Source: Eledone cirrhosa (lineage: Eukaryota). Taken from it: a DNA stretch of 64,000 nucleotides. How positions within the stretch are numbered: the stretch's first letter is position 1; the number at the start of each line of letters is the position of its first letter. The stretch spans positions 34,100,001 to 34,164,000 of the forward strand of contig OZ024749.1 in NCBI GenBank assembly GCA_964016885.1. The letters are read 5' to 3'. Positions 24,263 through 40,560 of the stretch are shown one piece after another. The notes under the pieces are model-generated. The model did not search any database. It saw only the letters and a program-made list of their open reading frames with translations, and was not told the origin of the DNA. A program made the translations under genes and the position numbers.

Positions 24263-24268
<6 letters not shown>
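24035..24268 (-). mobile_element. Fold-back cassette, family 3 (variant HHR core CAGAAGA)
   Basis: Perfect ~70-bp arms centred ~24196; tail to the left. Confidence 0.88.
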
Positions 24269-24299
<31 letters not shown>

Positions 24300-24332
24300 A
24301 AACAGGGGGTCCGAGCGGGTAGGGCAGAAGGT

Positions 24333-24366
<34 letters not shown>

Positions 24367-24718
24367 TAGGTGTACGTGTGTATGTGTGTATGTGTGTATG
24401 TGAGTGTGAGAGTTTGGAGAAGAACGAGGTTCCATGTTCGGGTAATAGGAAAACCTGTGTGTACACGAGGTGGGGTGTAAGTCAGTGTGTGTGTGTGTGC
24501 GTGTGTATGGAGAGGGGTTGGACGGAGTCTGGAGGCCCAGTATGTGTGTCGTTTTGGAAGCCTCAATAATGCAGATGGGTAACAGAATCAGGTGGTAATG
24601 AGTACGCTACCTCTTCCTGCTATATCAAGCGTTAACCTAATATATACCTTCCATATACTGTACCGATTGTGCTATTATTTCATTTCTGTTTACCTTTTAC
24701 ATATATATATATATATAT

Positions 24719-24912
24719 AGGAGAATGTTTTACCCCGACGGCAGAGCTCAAGCCGTTTCGACGGCTATTTCTGAGTCCAGAAATAGCCGTCGAAACTGCT
24801 TGAGCTCTGCCGTCGAGGTTAAACATTTTCCTATTACCCACTCTACTACCCTAAGTATTGTGTACTCTGGTACATTATGGTTCATCTGGTTCCTTACCAC
24901 ACTTCCTTCGTT
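24719..24912 (+). mobile_element. Fold-back cassette, family 2
   Basis: Palindrome centred ~24775 with compensatory ggcagagc/gctctgcc; tail ccactctactaccctaagtattg. Confidence 0.9.
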
Positions 24913-25516
24913 ATATATATATATGTATATTTATAGATATATATTTATATATATTTTTTTTTTTTACTATCGTTCTGAGAGTGAACGATCGATTCAATTA
25001 TATCATTACTGATCGAAGTGATTAAATCAATGTAGCAGATATAATTTAAATAAACAAAATAAAACTACAACAATGAGTATAGCAAAATACAGAAAAAAAG
25101 AAAGACTTAGAGTGAATTAAGAAGAAATTACTTAATTTAAGGTGATTATCTCTGTACAAAGGTTTCAATGAAAGGATATTACTGGAGTTGGTTTGCTAAA
25201 TTAAAGTGAACTCGTTTCATGAATTACCGAAAATAATGCAAGTAAGAAAGTGAAGAAATGTTAAGACAGTAAATTAAATACGCATTATCTGACCTTTTTT
25301 ATTTGTTGTTGTTATTGTTGTTGTTGTTTTAGATGTTGAAACAAAGAAATTATTTCTTTGTAGTAAGAACATAGATAGATATGGAAGTAGATTTGTTGCC
25401 ATTTTACCAAACTATTCGAACGGAAAGCTGGGTAATAATGTACGCCTACAGAAATATAACCGTGTCCTAGTGTAGATAAATGTATGATAGCGTATATATT
25501 TGTGTGTAAAATACGA

Positions 25517-25555
<39 letters not shown>

Positions 25556-25584
25556 CACATGTGTTTGTCTGTCTGTGTGTAGTG

Positions 25585-25670
<86 letters not shown>

Positions 25671-25934
25671 GTGTGTGTATGTGTGCACATGTGTTTGTCT
25701 GTCTGTGTGTGTAGTGTTTTTTTTTTATATGTATATATATATGTTAGTATCAGTATGCATTGATATTAGAAAAAGCATAGGCACACGCGATTTCAAAACA
25801 CATACACACAGACAGACATATATATATATATCCAGGGAGTGTAACGCGGAGTTACTGTAGGTTCACCAGGGTGAGCACTCGATGTTTAGGTTCACTTCAG
25901 TATCGAGGTGTAGAGCTAGACAGAGCGTAATATA

Positions 25935-26326
25935 ATAATTGTTTCTACTTTTGGCACAAGGCCAACAATTACCCAGTGCATTACTGGTACTTCATTATAT
26001 CGACCCCGTAAGGATGAAAGGCAGAGTATAAAAAATAATAATTGTTTCTACTTTTGGCACAAGGCCAGCAATTATAAGTGTATTACTGGTACTTTATTTT
26101 ATCGACCCCGTAAGGATGAAAGGCAGAGTATAAAAAATAATAATTGTTTCTACTTTTGGCACAAGGCCAGCAATTATAAGTGTATTACTGGTACTTTATT
26201 TTATCGACCCCGTAAGGATGAAAGGCAAAGTTAACCTTGGCGGGATTTGAACTCAGATCGTAAAGGGACGTATCTACGCTGGAAAGCATGTCTGACCCTC
26301 TACCAATACTGCCAATTCACCGCCCT
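25935..26326 (-). mobile_element. Family A SINE with triplicated 3' half
   Basis: Three ~105-bp core-plus-tail units and one head; TSD-like gag(c/t)gtaatataata at 25923 and 26327. Confidence 0.88.
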
Positions 26327-26477
26327 GAGTGTAATATAATAGTACAAGGACGAATGGTTACTCCTTCGTTACGTTTATTGGTTGGTGACGCGCGATTCGC
26401 TACCGATTAGCTCAAGGTTCGATCTGTGTCGCTCTAGCCCGACTTTGGAATCAAAAGCTCGTCGGACCTCTGTGGTA

Positions 26478-26522
<45 letters not shown>

Positions 26523-26525
<3 letters not shown>

Positions 26526-26905
26526 CAAAGTCGGACCTGGCGGTTGAGTTCTTGCAGTTTCGACTGCAAATTTCAGACTGGGATAAAATTCCCTGTTGTG
26601 AATAAACCGTCTCATCAAGGGCGTGACCTAAGGTGATTGACACTCAACCAATCCCTAAAATACAAAATATATAAACAAATGATTCTACAACTTACATTAA
26701 TCGCCTTCAAAGAAACCATATCCACTTATCCACTTATTGACACGTCAATCACCTTAGGCCACGCCTCATTCATAGCAGGGTGTTTTACCTGCAGTCTGGA
26801 ATTTGCCGTTGAAACGACAAGAGCTCAGTAAATATAGTTACACTCTACTATCCCAAGCACCGAGTACTCTGCTGAATAATGGTCAGACTAGTTTAAAACT
26901 GGTAT
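26523..26905 (+). mobile_element. Older, longer fold-back relative of family 2 retaining the HHR core
   Basis: Left arm minus strand: ccc TTGATGA gacgg..cagtc GAAA ctgc..; arms 26540-26642 and 26744-26828; tail actctactatcccaagcaccgagtact. Confidence 0.75.
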
Positions 26906-26945
26906 AATCCTTATCTATCAATCTATATACATACATACATACATA

Positions 26946-27556
26946 CATGGTGGCTGCCAACTCGTTTTCGAGTACGGCCACTACTTTATATCCATGTAGG
27001 AGAACCCCTACTGATGCGCTGAACGAGTGTGACTGTTTAGTCCAGCCAGCGACTTGAAAACTCTGGTACAAACACTACACCTCCGACAATTATTGTCACA
27101 TAGTGCTGGGCCCATGGTACCATGTGATGATAAGTGCAGAGAGATCTCCAGATATAAAACAATGCCTGTGCCGTGAAGCTTTTATAGTGAGCAAAGGCAC
27201 TGCACAAAGCCAGTCCCACTCTCTTAACCAAGATGATATTTACCAAAAAGAAGAACATGTCAACATCATTGGCTACCATCAGGGTTGCAGGTGTTATATC
27301 AGAGTTTTCCTTCTCCTAGAATTCTGCCTTGACAAAGAGTAAGGGGTCATCTCCCCCGGTGATTTTGGATGGCCATTGACTCTTAAGAGCTCCTTTGCCC
27401 TTTGACAGGTTTTGTTTTTAGTCCTGCAGGATGTCCAAAGTCACCCTCCTCACCAAGAAACATTGGTGGGGTTGCCAGTTTAGTCGCCAATGACCCGACC
27501 ATGAGACAGGTTGTACTGGGATACATGTTACCAGTAGCACCAACTGGTGACCTGAC
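26946..27556 (-). mobile_element. Non-autonomous RTE-related element with (ATGT)n tail (copies 28115-28305, 31865-32125, 51948-52276, 56053-56625)
   Basis: Multi-copy; RTE 5'UTR-like ctaggagaaggaaaactctga; ends gcagccacc-(atgt)n; flanked by (TACA)n. Confidence 0.75.
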
Positions 27557-27594
27557 ATACATACATACACACATACATACATAATATATATATA

Positions 27595-27625
<31 letters not shown>

Positions 27626-27687
27626 TACATACATACATACATACATACATACATACATACATACATACATACATACATACATACATA

Positions 27688-28040
27688 CATGGTGGCTGCC
27701 TCCTCGTTGTCGAGTATGGCCATTGCACGATATACCATTATTAATAATAATTAATTAGTTCTATCGTGCAATGCCTGTGCGTGAAGATATTTTTTAAAGT
27801 GAGGAAAGACTGTGCACTGAGCCAATCCCAATCTCTGAGCGACAGTAGCTATAACCCGAAAAGAAGAAAAGATCAACATCATCGGTAACTACTGAGCCGC
27901 AGGTTTTATATCGGAGTTATCCCAGTTTCCTGAGTTGCCTTCTAGAAGAATGTCCTGAGAAAGGCTAGGGGTCCTTCACTCCCAGTGGTTTAACCGCGCG
28001 ATCGGGTGTCCAGCCCGACTATTTCTATGTCCCCGCGCAT
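27688..28040 (-). mobile_element. Second subfamily of the (ATGT)n-tailed element (copy at 57205-57755)
   Basis: Shares tail atggtggctgcc..tcgagta.ggcca and caatgcctgtgc; distinct 5' end gcgcggggacatagaaata. Confidence 0.75.
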
Positions 28041-28363
28041 ATACATACACATGCACCCATGCATATACACATATACACGCACATGTACATGTGTATATAC
28101 ATATTTACACACTTTTGGATGGCCGTTGACCCTTATGAGTTTCTCCGCCCTTTGTCAGGTTTTGTTTTTTGTCCTGCAGTGTGTCCAAAATCACCCTCTT
28201 CACCAAGTAAACTTGGTGGGGTTGCCGGTTTAGTCGCCGACGACCCGACCATACGACAGGTTGTACTGGGTTACATGTTATCAGTAGCACTCAAGAGTGA
28301 CCCGACATACATACATACATACATACATACATACATACATACATTTATTTGACTACTTATTGT

Positions 28364-28438
<75 letters not shown>

Positions 28439-28439
28439 T

Positions 28440-28860
<421 letters not shown>

Positions 28861-28996
28861 GACAATGATAGCTAATGAAACATTGTGAGGATAACGGAGG
28901 CAGAGACATGTATGAATATGCTTAGTTAGTTATTGGTAAATGTCAGCGGATTGTATCCTAGCGCCATGTCGGAGACATGTTATTACTCTATGATAT

Positions 28997-29545
28997 TGGT
29001 GGTGGATTGGTAGTATCGGTAGCGGGTCGGACGCCATGCTTTCCAGCATAGTTACGTCCCTTTACGATCTGAGTTCAAATCCCGCCGAGGTTGACTTTAC
29101 CTTTCATCCTTACGGGGTCGATAAAATAAAGTACCAGTAATGCACTGGGTAATTGCTGGCCTTGTGCCAAAAGTAGAAACAGTTATTGGCAGTATCGGTA
29201 GAGGGTCGGACGCCATGCTTTCCAGCATAGTTACGTCCCTTTACGATATGAGTTCAAATCCCGCCGAGGTTGACTTTACCTTTCATCCTTACGGGGTCGA
29301 TAAAATAAAGTACCAGTAATGCACTGGGTAATTGCTGGCCTTGTGCCAAAAGTAGAAACAGTTATTGGCAGTATCGGTAGAGGGTCGGACGCCATGCTTT
29401 CCAGCATAGTTACGTCCCTTTACGATCTAAGTTCAAATCCCGCCGAGGATGACTTTACCTTTCATCCTTACGGGGTCGATAAAATAAAGTACCAGTAATG
29501 CACTGGGTAATTGCTGGCCTTGTGCCTAAAGTAGAAACAGTTATT
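28997..29545 (+). mobile_element. Head-to-tail trimer of family A SINE (~180-bp unit)
   Basis: Three near-identical units; single TSD ttattactctatgatatt at ~28980 and ~29541. Confidence 0.92.
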
Positions 29546-29831
29546 ACTCTATGATATTAAGATGAGAAGCTTATAAATATAAGCGATATTGGGTAAAGTC
29601 CAATTATCAACGTTGGGCGACCATCGATTATATTAAAACCAGATGTGTCTTGATTTAGATTTGTGTGTATGTTGGTGTGATCGTCTGTTTAACTGTAATC
29701 TAGGGTACTTTTCTACATTTCTGTATACACACGTACACACACATACACACACAGACAAACGTATATATATACATATATATATATGTGTGTGTGTGTGTGT
29801 GTACGTGTGTATACATATGTGTGTACGCGTG

Positions 29832-29866
<35 letters not shown>

Positions 29867-29951
29867 ACGTGTGTGTACGTGTGTATACATATATATATAG
29901 ACATATACCTTTGTGCGTGTATACATACATATATATTTGTGTGTATACATG

Positions 29952-30003
<52 letters not shown>

Positions 30004-30077
30004 CATATATATATGTGAATATATGTGTGTGTGTGTGTGTGTGTGAGTGTACATATATATATGTTTATATTTATGTG

Positions 30078-30146
<69 letters not shown>

Positions 30147-30249
30147 ATAATGAAAGAGAGATAAAATAGATAAACATAAATTTTTTCTTGTCTCTTGTGA
30201 TTACTTCGCTCTTAAAATGTTAGCTGCAAAGTAATCGACAGTATAGGAC

Positions 30250-30745
30250 TACAACATCTACAACAATTACAACAACAAAATCACCCACAACAACCACAAC
30301 AATAATTACAACAACAACAATGATGTTAACGGACAGATTTGGACAGTGTCAAGAACCACAACAACAAATACAACAACAAAGGCACAACAACCAAATCAAC
30401 GACTACAAGAACAACAACAATCTTAACCGACAAAATTGGACAATGATAACAACCACAACAACAACAACAGCAACAACAGCAATAACAATCTTAACCGACA
30501 GAATTGGACAATGATAACAACCACAACAACAAATATAACAATAAAACCACCATCACTACAACAACAACCAAAACAACGACAACAACAACCAAAACAACGA
30601 CAACAACAACAACAGCAACAATCACTACAACAACAACAACAACAACAAGAACAACAATCACTACAACAACAACAACCAAAACAACAACAACAACAACAAC
30701 AACCACAACAACAGCCACAATAACAACAGCAACAACCAACAAGAA
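30250..30745. repeat. (ACA)n-derived low-complexity tract
   Basis: Degenerate AAC triplet repeat giving poly-T/Q/N frames. Confidence 0.9.
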
Positions 30746-31043
30746 ACCTGAACCGAATAACGATAATGCTAGTTAAAACAAAAGGAAAAATCTTCGAGCC
30801 TCAACTAAGGAAATTATATCTTTGGGATTAAGTATCGAGGCAGAATCTTCTTGAAGAGTCTAATGATAGCATCAGTTGAGCAGATCTTCTATTGAATTTC
30901 CATCGATTCATGCGTGCCAAACTGAATTAGCAGTCAGTAAGGCATTTCGTAACTAATTTATCGGCAAAATTCAATCGGAAAGTAAACGCGTACAAACGCA
31001 CAACACACTAATATATACACCAACATATACACAGACAGAGACG

Positions 31044-31096
<53 letters not shown>

Positions 31097-31417
31097 ATTA
31101 TTATTATTATATATATATATATAATTATTATTATGATTATATATGTATATATACATACATATATATTATTATTATTATATGTGTATATATACATATATAT
31201 TATTATTTTTATATATGTATATATACATACATATATATTATTATTATTATATATGTATATATACATACATATATATTATCATTATTATTATTATATATAT
31301 ATTATTATATATATATATATATATACACACATATATTATTATATATATGTATGTACGTGTACATTATATATGCCATCTACATATATACATGTGTTGCTGT
31401 ATTCATACACACACACA

Positions 31418-31466
<49 letters not shown>

Positions 31467-32131
31467 CTAAAGGCCACAAATTGGATAAGACTTAGTCAAT
31501 GTAAAGAACTAATGTTTATTTTTCAACTCCGGAACAATGGAGATTTTAATTTATTCCGGCGGGAATTGAACTTTTCATCATAACATACAGGAATGTCACT
31601 AAATATAGCAACGTATTTTGTTCGACGCTCTACTGCTTCTGCTAACGAACGTTATTCCAACAAATAAGAAAGACTGCTAAGACGGTCATAGCTATAGCTT
31701 TGTTACACACGGCTTGCTTTTAAATGTTATTTAAATAAAATATATACAGACAGGCTTATAAGTACGAGCATCGTGGTGTTGTTAAGGAATTCCTTTCGCA
31801 TCTATGAACATCTGGGTAAGTGTTTTCTGCGATATCTTCGAGTGGACCAATTGCCTGTGAGTGCTATTGGCAACATGTAACCCAGTACAACGTGTTACAT
31901 GATCGGGTTGTCACGACTAAACTGACCTCCTCACAAAGCCAGCTATGTGAGAAGGATGATTTTTGGACACCCTGCAGGATGAAAAACAAACCTCGTCAAA
32001 GGGAAAAAGAACTCAGGAGAAACAACAGCCCTCCGAGAGCGTGTATAAAAACAACGAGTAGACAAGGTTTGTTAGCTATTGTTGGCAGTTTATTTAGTTT
32101 ATCTAGGAGAAGGGTCACTCTGATTTCAAAA

Positions 32132-32340
32132 TCGGTGGATTGGCAGTATCGGTAGAGCGTCAGACACCATGCTTTGCAGCATAGAGTTATGACCCTTTAC
32201 GTTCTGAGTTCAAATCCCGCCGGGGTTAGCTTTGCCTTTCACCCTTACGGGGTCGATAACATAAAGCACCAGTAATGCACTGGGGTCCATTTAATCGACT
32301 TTCTCCTCCAACAAAATTGCTGGCTTCGTGCCTATAGTAA
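32132..32340 (+). mobile_element. Family A SINE (long-tail variant)
   Basis: cggtggattggcagtatcggtagag..gttcaaatcccg..gtcgataacataaagcaccag. Confidence 0.88.
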
Positions 32341-32373
32341 TTATCATTATATTTGTCTTATTTTATTTCACAG

Positions 32374-32509
32374 ATTGCAGAAAATCTATTTTCCGCCAGT
32401 CTTTGATAATACGAAAACGTTCAAGTTATGTCCTTCAAAGTAGCAAATCATGGAGCCCTCGCTACACTTATTATGGCATCTATAAATACAATGCATGTAC
32501 TTACTTTCG
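32374..32509 (+). CDS. Possible isolated host exon (weakly CUB-like)
   Basis: Acceptor ttttatttcacag, open frame CRKSIFRQ..SWSPRYTYYGIYKYNACTYFR, donor gtaaat; unique sequence only. Confidence 0.25.
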
Positions 32510-33737
32510 GTAAATCAGCCTATATAAAAGCCCGCCCAAGAAGAAGAAGAAGAAGAAGAAGAAGAAGAAGAAGAAGAAGAAGAAGAAGAAGAAGAAGAAG
32601 AAGAAGAAGAAGAAAAAGAAGCTCCTCTGCCGATTCTGCTGATCCACCACCCCTATTAGAAACGGGATGAAACATATGGTAAGACATATGGCAAGAAACG
32701 GGACGAGAATGTCCAGGAAAAGATGGCGTCGAGAAAATACCTCGATCAGGAAATTACCACGAAAAAAGAGGCGGTGGGTTTGTCAACAGAGAAAATAAAA
32801 CATTGATTTTTAGCACAGAATCCATCCGGTTGAAGAGACAAATAAGAACTCTTTGAACAATAAGAATGATTTCTTGATCCTCGGTTTACTTGATCAGTTT
32901 TACTTCCGGCAGCTATTTTTACATGTCCGGCATTACAAGCAACGAGGAATTAGTTTCGTGATTATTGTGAAATACAACACAACACTATATCGATATCTGA
33001 AATTCTTATCTTAATTACAAATTTCCAAGCTCCATTTCCTTTCCCTTGTACCATAGAACGGAAATATACAGCGGAAATATATCAGCACTGAATTGCGCAG
33101 CGATGGAGAAAGATGGAGGATTGGAAGAGGATGGAGATAATGGGAAAATGGTGGTTGTTTATGGTTGTTGACAATGATTATAATGATGATGGTGATGATG
33201 ATGCTGTGGTGGTGGTGGTGGTGGTGGTGGTGGTGGTGGTGGTGGTGGTGGTGGTGGTGATCATGATGCTATGGTGGTGGTGATGGTGGTGTTGGTAGGC
33301 GTGGGGGTGGTGATGCTGATGATGGTGGTGGTGATGGTGATGATGATGATGATGATGCTATGGTGGTGGTGGTGGTGGTGCTATGGTGGTGGTGGTGGTG
33401 TTGGTGATGGTACTGGTAGGAGTGGGGGGATGATGGGGTGATGATGCTGATGGTGGTGAAGACGATGATCATGATTTTGATGAAAATGATGATGATGATG
33501 ATGATGATGATAATCATGATTATGAAGAGGGAGAAGAATGGGAGGAGGGGGTAAGGGATGGGAGGAGGGGGAGGAGGAGGAGAGGGAGAAGGAGGATATT
33601 GTCGATGAATATGAAGAACGTGGTAATGAGATGGAAGAGGTGAAGGAGAAAAACTGTTTTGACAACAATAATTAAGAATAACAACAACAAAACTTAATTA
33701 AGGATAATTAACGAGAGACAGACAGACAGACTGATTG

Positions 33738-34116
33738 ATATATATATACTTATATATATATATATATACTTATATATATATATATATACTTATATATATA
33801 TATATATACTTATATATATATATATATACTTATATATATATATATATATACTTATATATATATATATATATATACTTATATATATATATATATATACTTA
33901 TATATATATATATATACTTATATATATATATATATACTTATATATATATATATATATATACTTATATATATATATATATATATATACTTATATATATATA
34001 TATATATATACTTATATATATATATATATATACTTATATATATATATATACTTATATATATATATATACTTATATATATATATATATATATATATATACT
34101 TATATATATATATATA

Positions 34117-34149
<33 letters not shown>

Positions 34150-34470
34150 TTATATATATATATATATACTTATATATATATATATATACTTATATATATA
34201 TATATACTTATATATATATATATACTTATATATATATACTTATATATATATATAAGTATATATATATATATATATATATATATACTTATATATATATATA
34301 TATACTTATATATATATACTTATATATATATATATATACTTATATATATATATATATATATATACTTATATATATATATATATATATATACTTATATATA
34401 TATATATATACTTATATATATATATACTTATATATATATATATACTTATATATACTTATATATACTTATA
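33738..34470. repeat. (TA)n tract punctuated by CT
   Basis: Unit ct(ta)n repeated over ~730 bp. Confidence 0.97.
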
Positions 34471-34852
34471 TCTCCACTGAAAGTTTTCATGAAATAGTCT
34501 TTTAAGACTATACAGAGCATTTGATGTTATTCCAAATTGAAGGATAAGTGTTTCAAACTTTATTTTATCATGAGTTAAAGGTCTATAGATTTTTCCCTGG
34601 ATTTTACTAAATTCTGTGGATGAATTTGTATCCTGATTCTCTTTTGAGATGAGTTTGAGTTATTTTTCCTAAATCCTTTCGTTAACTACTTTTCCCATCT
34701 TGACGTTATAGTCGCATATATGTTATAGAATGCCGTTAGCTTCTTGCTAAAACAATCTCTATACCTCTCATTTATATATACTTATATATATATATATATA
34801 TACTTATATATATATATATATATACTTATATATATATATATACAATTAAGTA

Positions 34853-34892
<40 letters not shown>

Positions 34893-34896
<4 letters not shown>

Positions 34897-35090
34897 AACC
34901 AGTAAGACCCCGACAGCTGAGCTCAAGCCGTTTCGACGGCTAATTCTGGACTGAGTCCAGAATTAGCCGTCGAAACGGCTTGAGCTCAGCTGTCGGGGTC
35001 TTACTGGTTCCTATTACCCACTCTACTACCTCAAGTATTGAGTACTTTGGTGCGTTATGGTCCACCTGGTTCCTTACCACATTTCCTTCG

Positions 35091-35092
<2 letters not shown>
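34893..35092 (+). mobile_element. Fold-back cassette, family 2 (perfect 60-bp arms)
   Basis: Centre ggactgagtcc ~34953; GAAA cggct-tgagctc-agctg TC gggg; hairpin 35020-35043. Confidence 0.92.
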
Positions 35093-35146
<54 letters not shown>

Positions 35147-35471
35147 TATTTCTATTAAAAATGTTATTATATTTATGTGCTGAGGGGGAAATGCTTCTTA
35201 ATTAGGGAGAGAAAGATCTTAGCTAATGGTGTGGCCACCTCCATATTATATGGTGGGTTATACCATATAATGCGTCGGGATCTATTTTTCCTTGGACTTT
35301 GGACTATGCTCATACTTAGTATATGCTACCTTAGTATATGCTACCTTAGTATATGCTACAAATCCACTCCAAGCAAGAGCTTAATTGTAATATTGGGTCA
35401 TCAAGTATGAAATTTGTAGAAATTTGTTTTTTTTCTACAATTTTCTACAAATTTCATACTTGATGGCCTTT

Positions 35472-35556
<85 letters not shown>

Positions 35557-36557
35557 GCGTGTGTGTGCGTGTAGATATATTAATCGGTTGATAGGTTGAT
35601 AGATTGATAGATTATCACAATACGTACATATACACACATACACACACGCGCAGAGACATATACACATATATGCATATGTGTGTTTATATAAATAACGTGT
35701 ACAAAAACCGTCAATTGCCTTAACTTGAACGTAAAAACCAACCACGAACCCAAGCGAACGTAAAATATATACACCTGCAGTTGACCTTATTCACCAAACC
35801 CAGATCACTCCAGGAAGAGTTATACCACACCCATCCTTCTAAATTATATCATATCCCTCTCCCGGTAACACAATCACTGACCTATACTAATTACTGTTGT
35901 GGGGGCTGACAGGCGTCATCAGGCAACAGCTGTCACAGAAATATCCTATCAAATATTTTCTCATAAATAATTTGATAATCGCTTGAGAGAAATATTAACT
36001 ACCTTTTAGTTGTCTTCATATAAGAGTTCTTCTTAATCTTTTCCTTCTTTATTTCTTCTTTTTCTTCGTCTGCTTTTTCTACTACTACTACAACTACTGC
36101 TACTATTACCACTACTACTACAATTACCACTTTATTTTTTCTTCGTTTTCGTTTTCATTTTCTTCTTTCTTCTTTTTTTTCTTTTTCTACTCTTTTTTCT
36201 ACTACTACTACTACTATTGCTACAATTGCTACTACTACTACTACTACATCTACAACTACTGTTACTACTACTACTACTACTACTTCGCAGTCTCTTCTCC
36301 TTCCCTAACTCCTCCTCCTTCAATTACTGGTCTTCTTTATTGTTCTTCTCATCCCATACATCCACAAAAACCTTCTGAATGCCAAATTGCATTCCTATGT
36401 ACTGGATACTATTAAATTATCTTAACATTCAACTCTCTTCCATTGTCTTTATATATACTTTTCTTCAGCTACGCTTTCACTCTTTCTCCCTCTCAGTCTC
36501 TCTCTCTCTCTTACTCACACATTCACTCTTTCTCTCTCTCCCTCATTCACTCACACA

Positions 36558-36627
<70 letters not shown>

Positions 36628-36794
36628 TCTCATTCACTCACACACACATACACACTAGCTCTCTCGTTCTATCTTTCTCGTCATAAATTCTCTTCATATG
36701 ACGTGCTTGTATTTCATTATCTGTCAGAGTTTATGCATGCGTATGAGTATATGTGGGCGTATATGAGTGTCAGTATCTTTGTGTGTGTATATGT

Positions 36795-36846
<52 letters not shown>

Positions 36847-38379
36847 AAGAGAAGACAGAAAGAGAAACGAGAGAAAGAGAGATAGAAAAGAGAAAAGAAA
36901 AGAGGGATAAAGAGAGATAGAAAAGAGAGAGAAAAGAGCGATAAAGAGAGATAGAAAAGAGAGAGAAAAGAGGGATAAAGAGAGAGAGAAAAGAGGGATA
37001 AAGAGAGATAGAAAAGAGAGAGAGAGACGGGTGCGTGAGTTGGTGTTTCGGTTTATAATGTAGTTCGAGTATAATTCACTTGATAAGACGTCGTATAATT
37101 TATCCAAAGGCTATGGGTTTGTACCCTATCGACGGCACCACACTGATTGCAGTGCATAGTTCATGAAACCTTGTGTTTGTCAATTCACAACTTACCATTT
37201 TAACCCTATTGTTTACCATATTTCTAATGAAATACACTGCCTATGATTTTCAAATTATTTTGAAAATAATCAAGAATTTGAAGTGATTTAGTAATATAAC
37301 TAATTTTCTCATTATCAAGTTGGTGTTTGAAAATTGCTTAACAAAGCTTCTTGCAGAAAGTTATAGTGGAAGGTTTTTAAATAAATATAAATACTTTAAA
37401 ATAAACAGCTTTGAACGATCAAACCAGAGGTTGTTTCGAGCAGTTTGATACGTTAAAGAGTTGAATATTGTATACATTTGTAAGATAGTCCCCTAACGTA
37501 CAAAACAGAAAGGAAATGGTCTTGGCTAGAACACACGCAACTGTAGCTCTCTTCATTTAAAGCTCACCATGTGTACAACAAAAACCAACAACCAACGTCT
37601 AGTTAACCCGGTAGTTGCTTATATTAATTCAATAGATATCTAACAGTTGCAACGTCCTGGATGTTTCAGTGTCCTGGATGTTTCAGTGTCCTGGATATTC
37701 GGTCTCTGGAATAAAATAATTAAATTAACGTGTTCCTTACTTAGTATTACACTGATATGTCTATGCATGGTCCCGTAAACTATTGATAGATTCGTAAGGG
37801 CACCGTATTAACATACGGCATTTCTTGGGCATTTTAAGCCTGACGGAGCCCATCTCTCCAGACCTGAGTACAGCAGATTTCTTCCAGAGAGAGAGAAAAT
37901 GAGAAAGTGATATAGGTGAAGAATCGACCCTAGTACAAGACAGGTACATTTTTATCGACCTCGACGGGATTTGAACTTAGAGAGCAAAAAGCCGGAACGA
38001 ATACCATAAAGACTCTGCCAATTCGCTGCCTGTATATGCTTACTAAAATAATTCTTATTCAGATTCAGTATTGACAGAATGTGTGAGAAAAGCGATTCTT
38101 TAAGCTTCATGTATAGTCATTGGTTTCCAAACAGTCTCCTCTCCGCTTCCCAATTCCACTGACAACGACAAAGGTAGAACCAAGTCAATGGTAAAAACAC
38201 TTCTCCACGACGCCACCTAGTGAGATTGAGCCTGGCATATCATGATTGCAAAACGAACTTCTTAACAATTCGGGTATCCTGAGACCTACAACTGGTAATA
38301 TTAGTCTCGAGTAAAGTACTTGAAGATTGTTATTTCACATTTAACTAACGATTTCGTCTCATTAATAAGTTAAGGTACA

Positions 38380-38448
<69 letters not shown>

Positions 38449-38540
38449 GCATGTATGTATATGCGTATATATATATGTGTTTATATATATATTTATATAT
38501 AGATAGATAAATAGATATACGAATACACGCACATGCGTAT

Positions 38541-38596
<56 letters not shown>

Positions 38597-38789
38597 TACG
38601 TGTCTTACAAATTCAACCTGTAAGTGGACGGTAAAAATTTGCTGTTTCAAAGTTCAGAATGTCAGCGATGGAACGCCGCTTCTCAATTAGAGGGCAATTC
38701 CTTCTTTGTCACAGCGAAGAAGTGACTAGAATATAAATGAGAAATTTGATGAATATAAAAAAAGACGTGAATACTCTCACATATACCTA

Positions 38790-40560
<1,771 letters not shown>

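Noticed and set aside
30436-30776. Mucin-like Thr-rich or poly-Q ORF
   Set aside because: Degenerate (ACA)n repeat with no splice or domain support.
37199-37465. piggyBac-like MITE (ttaaccct..agagttga)
   Set aside because: TIR too short and degenerate to support.
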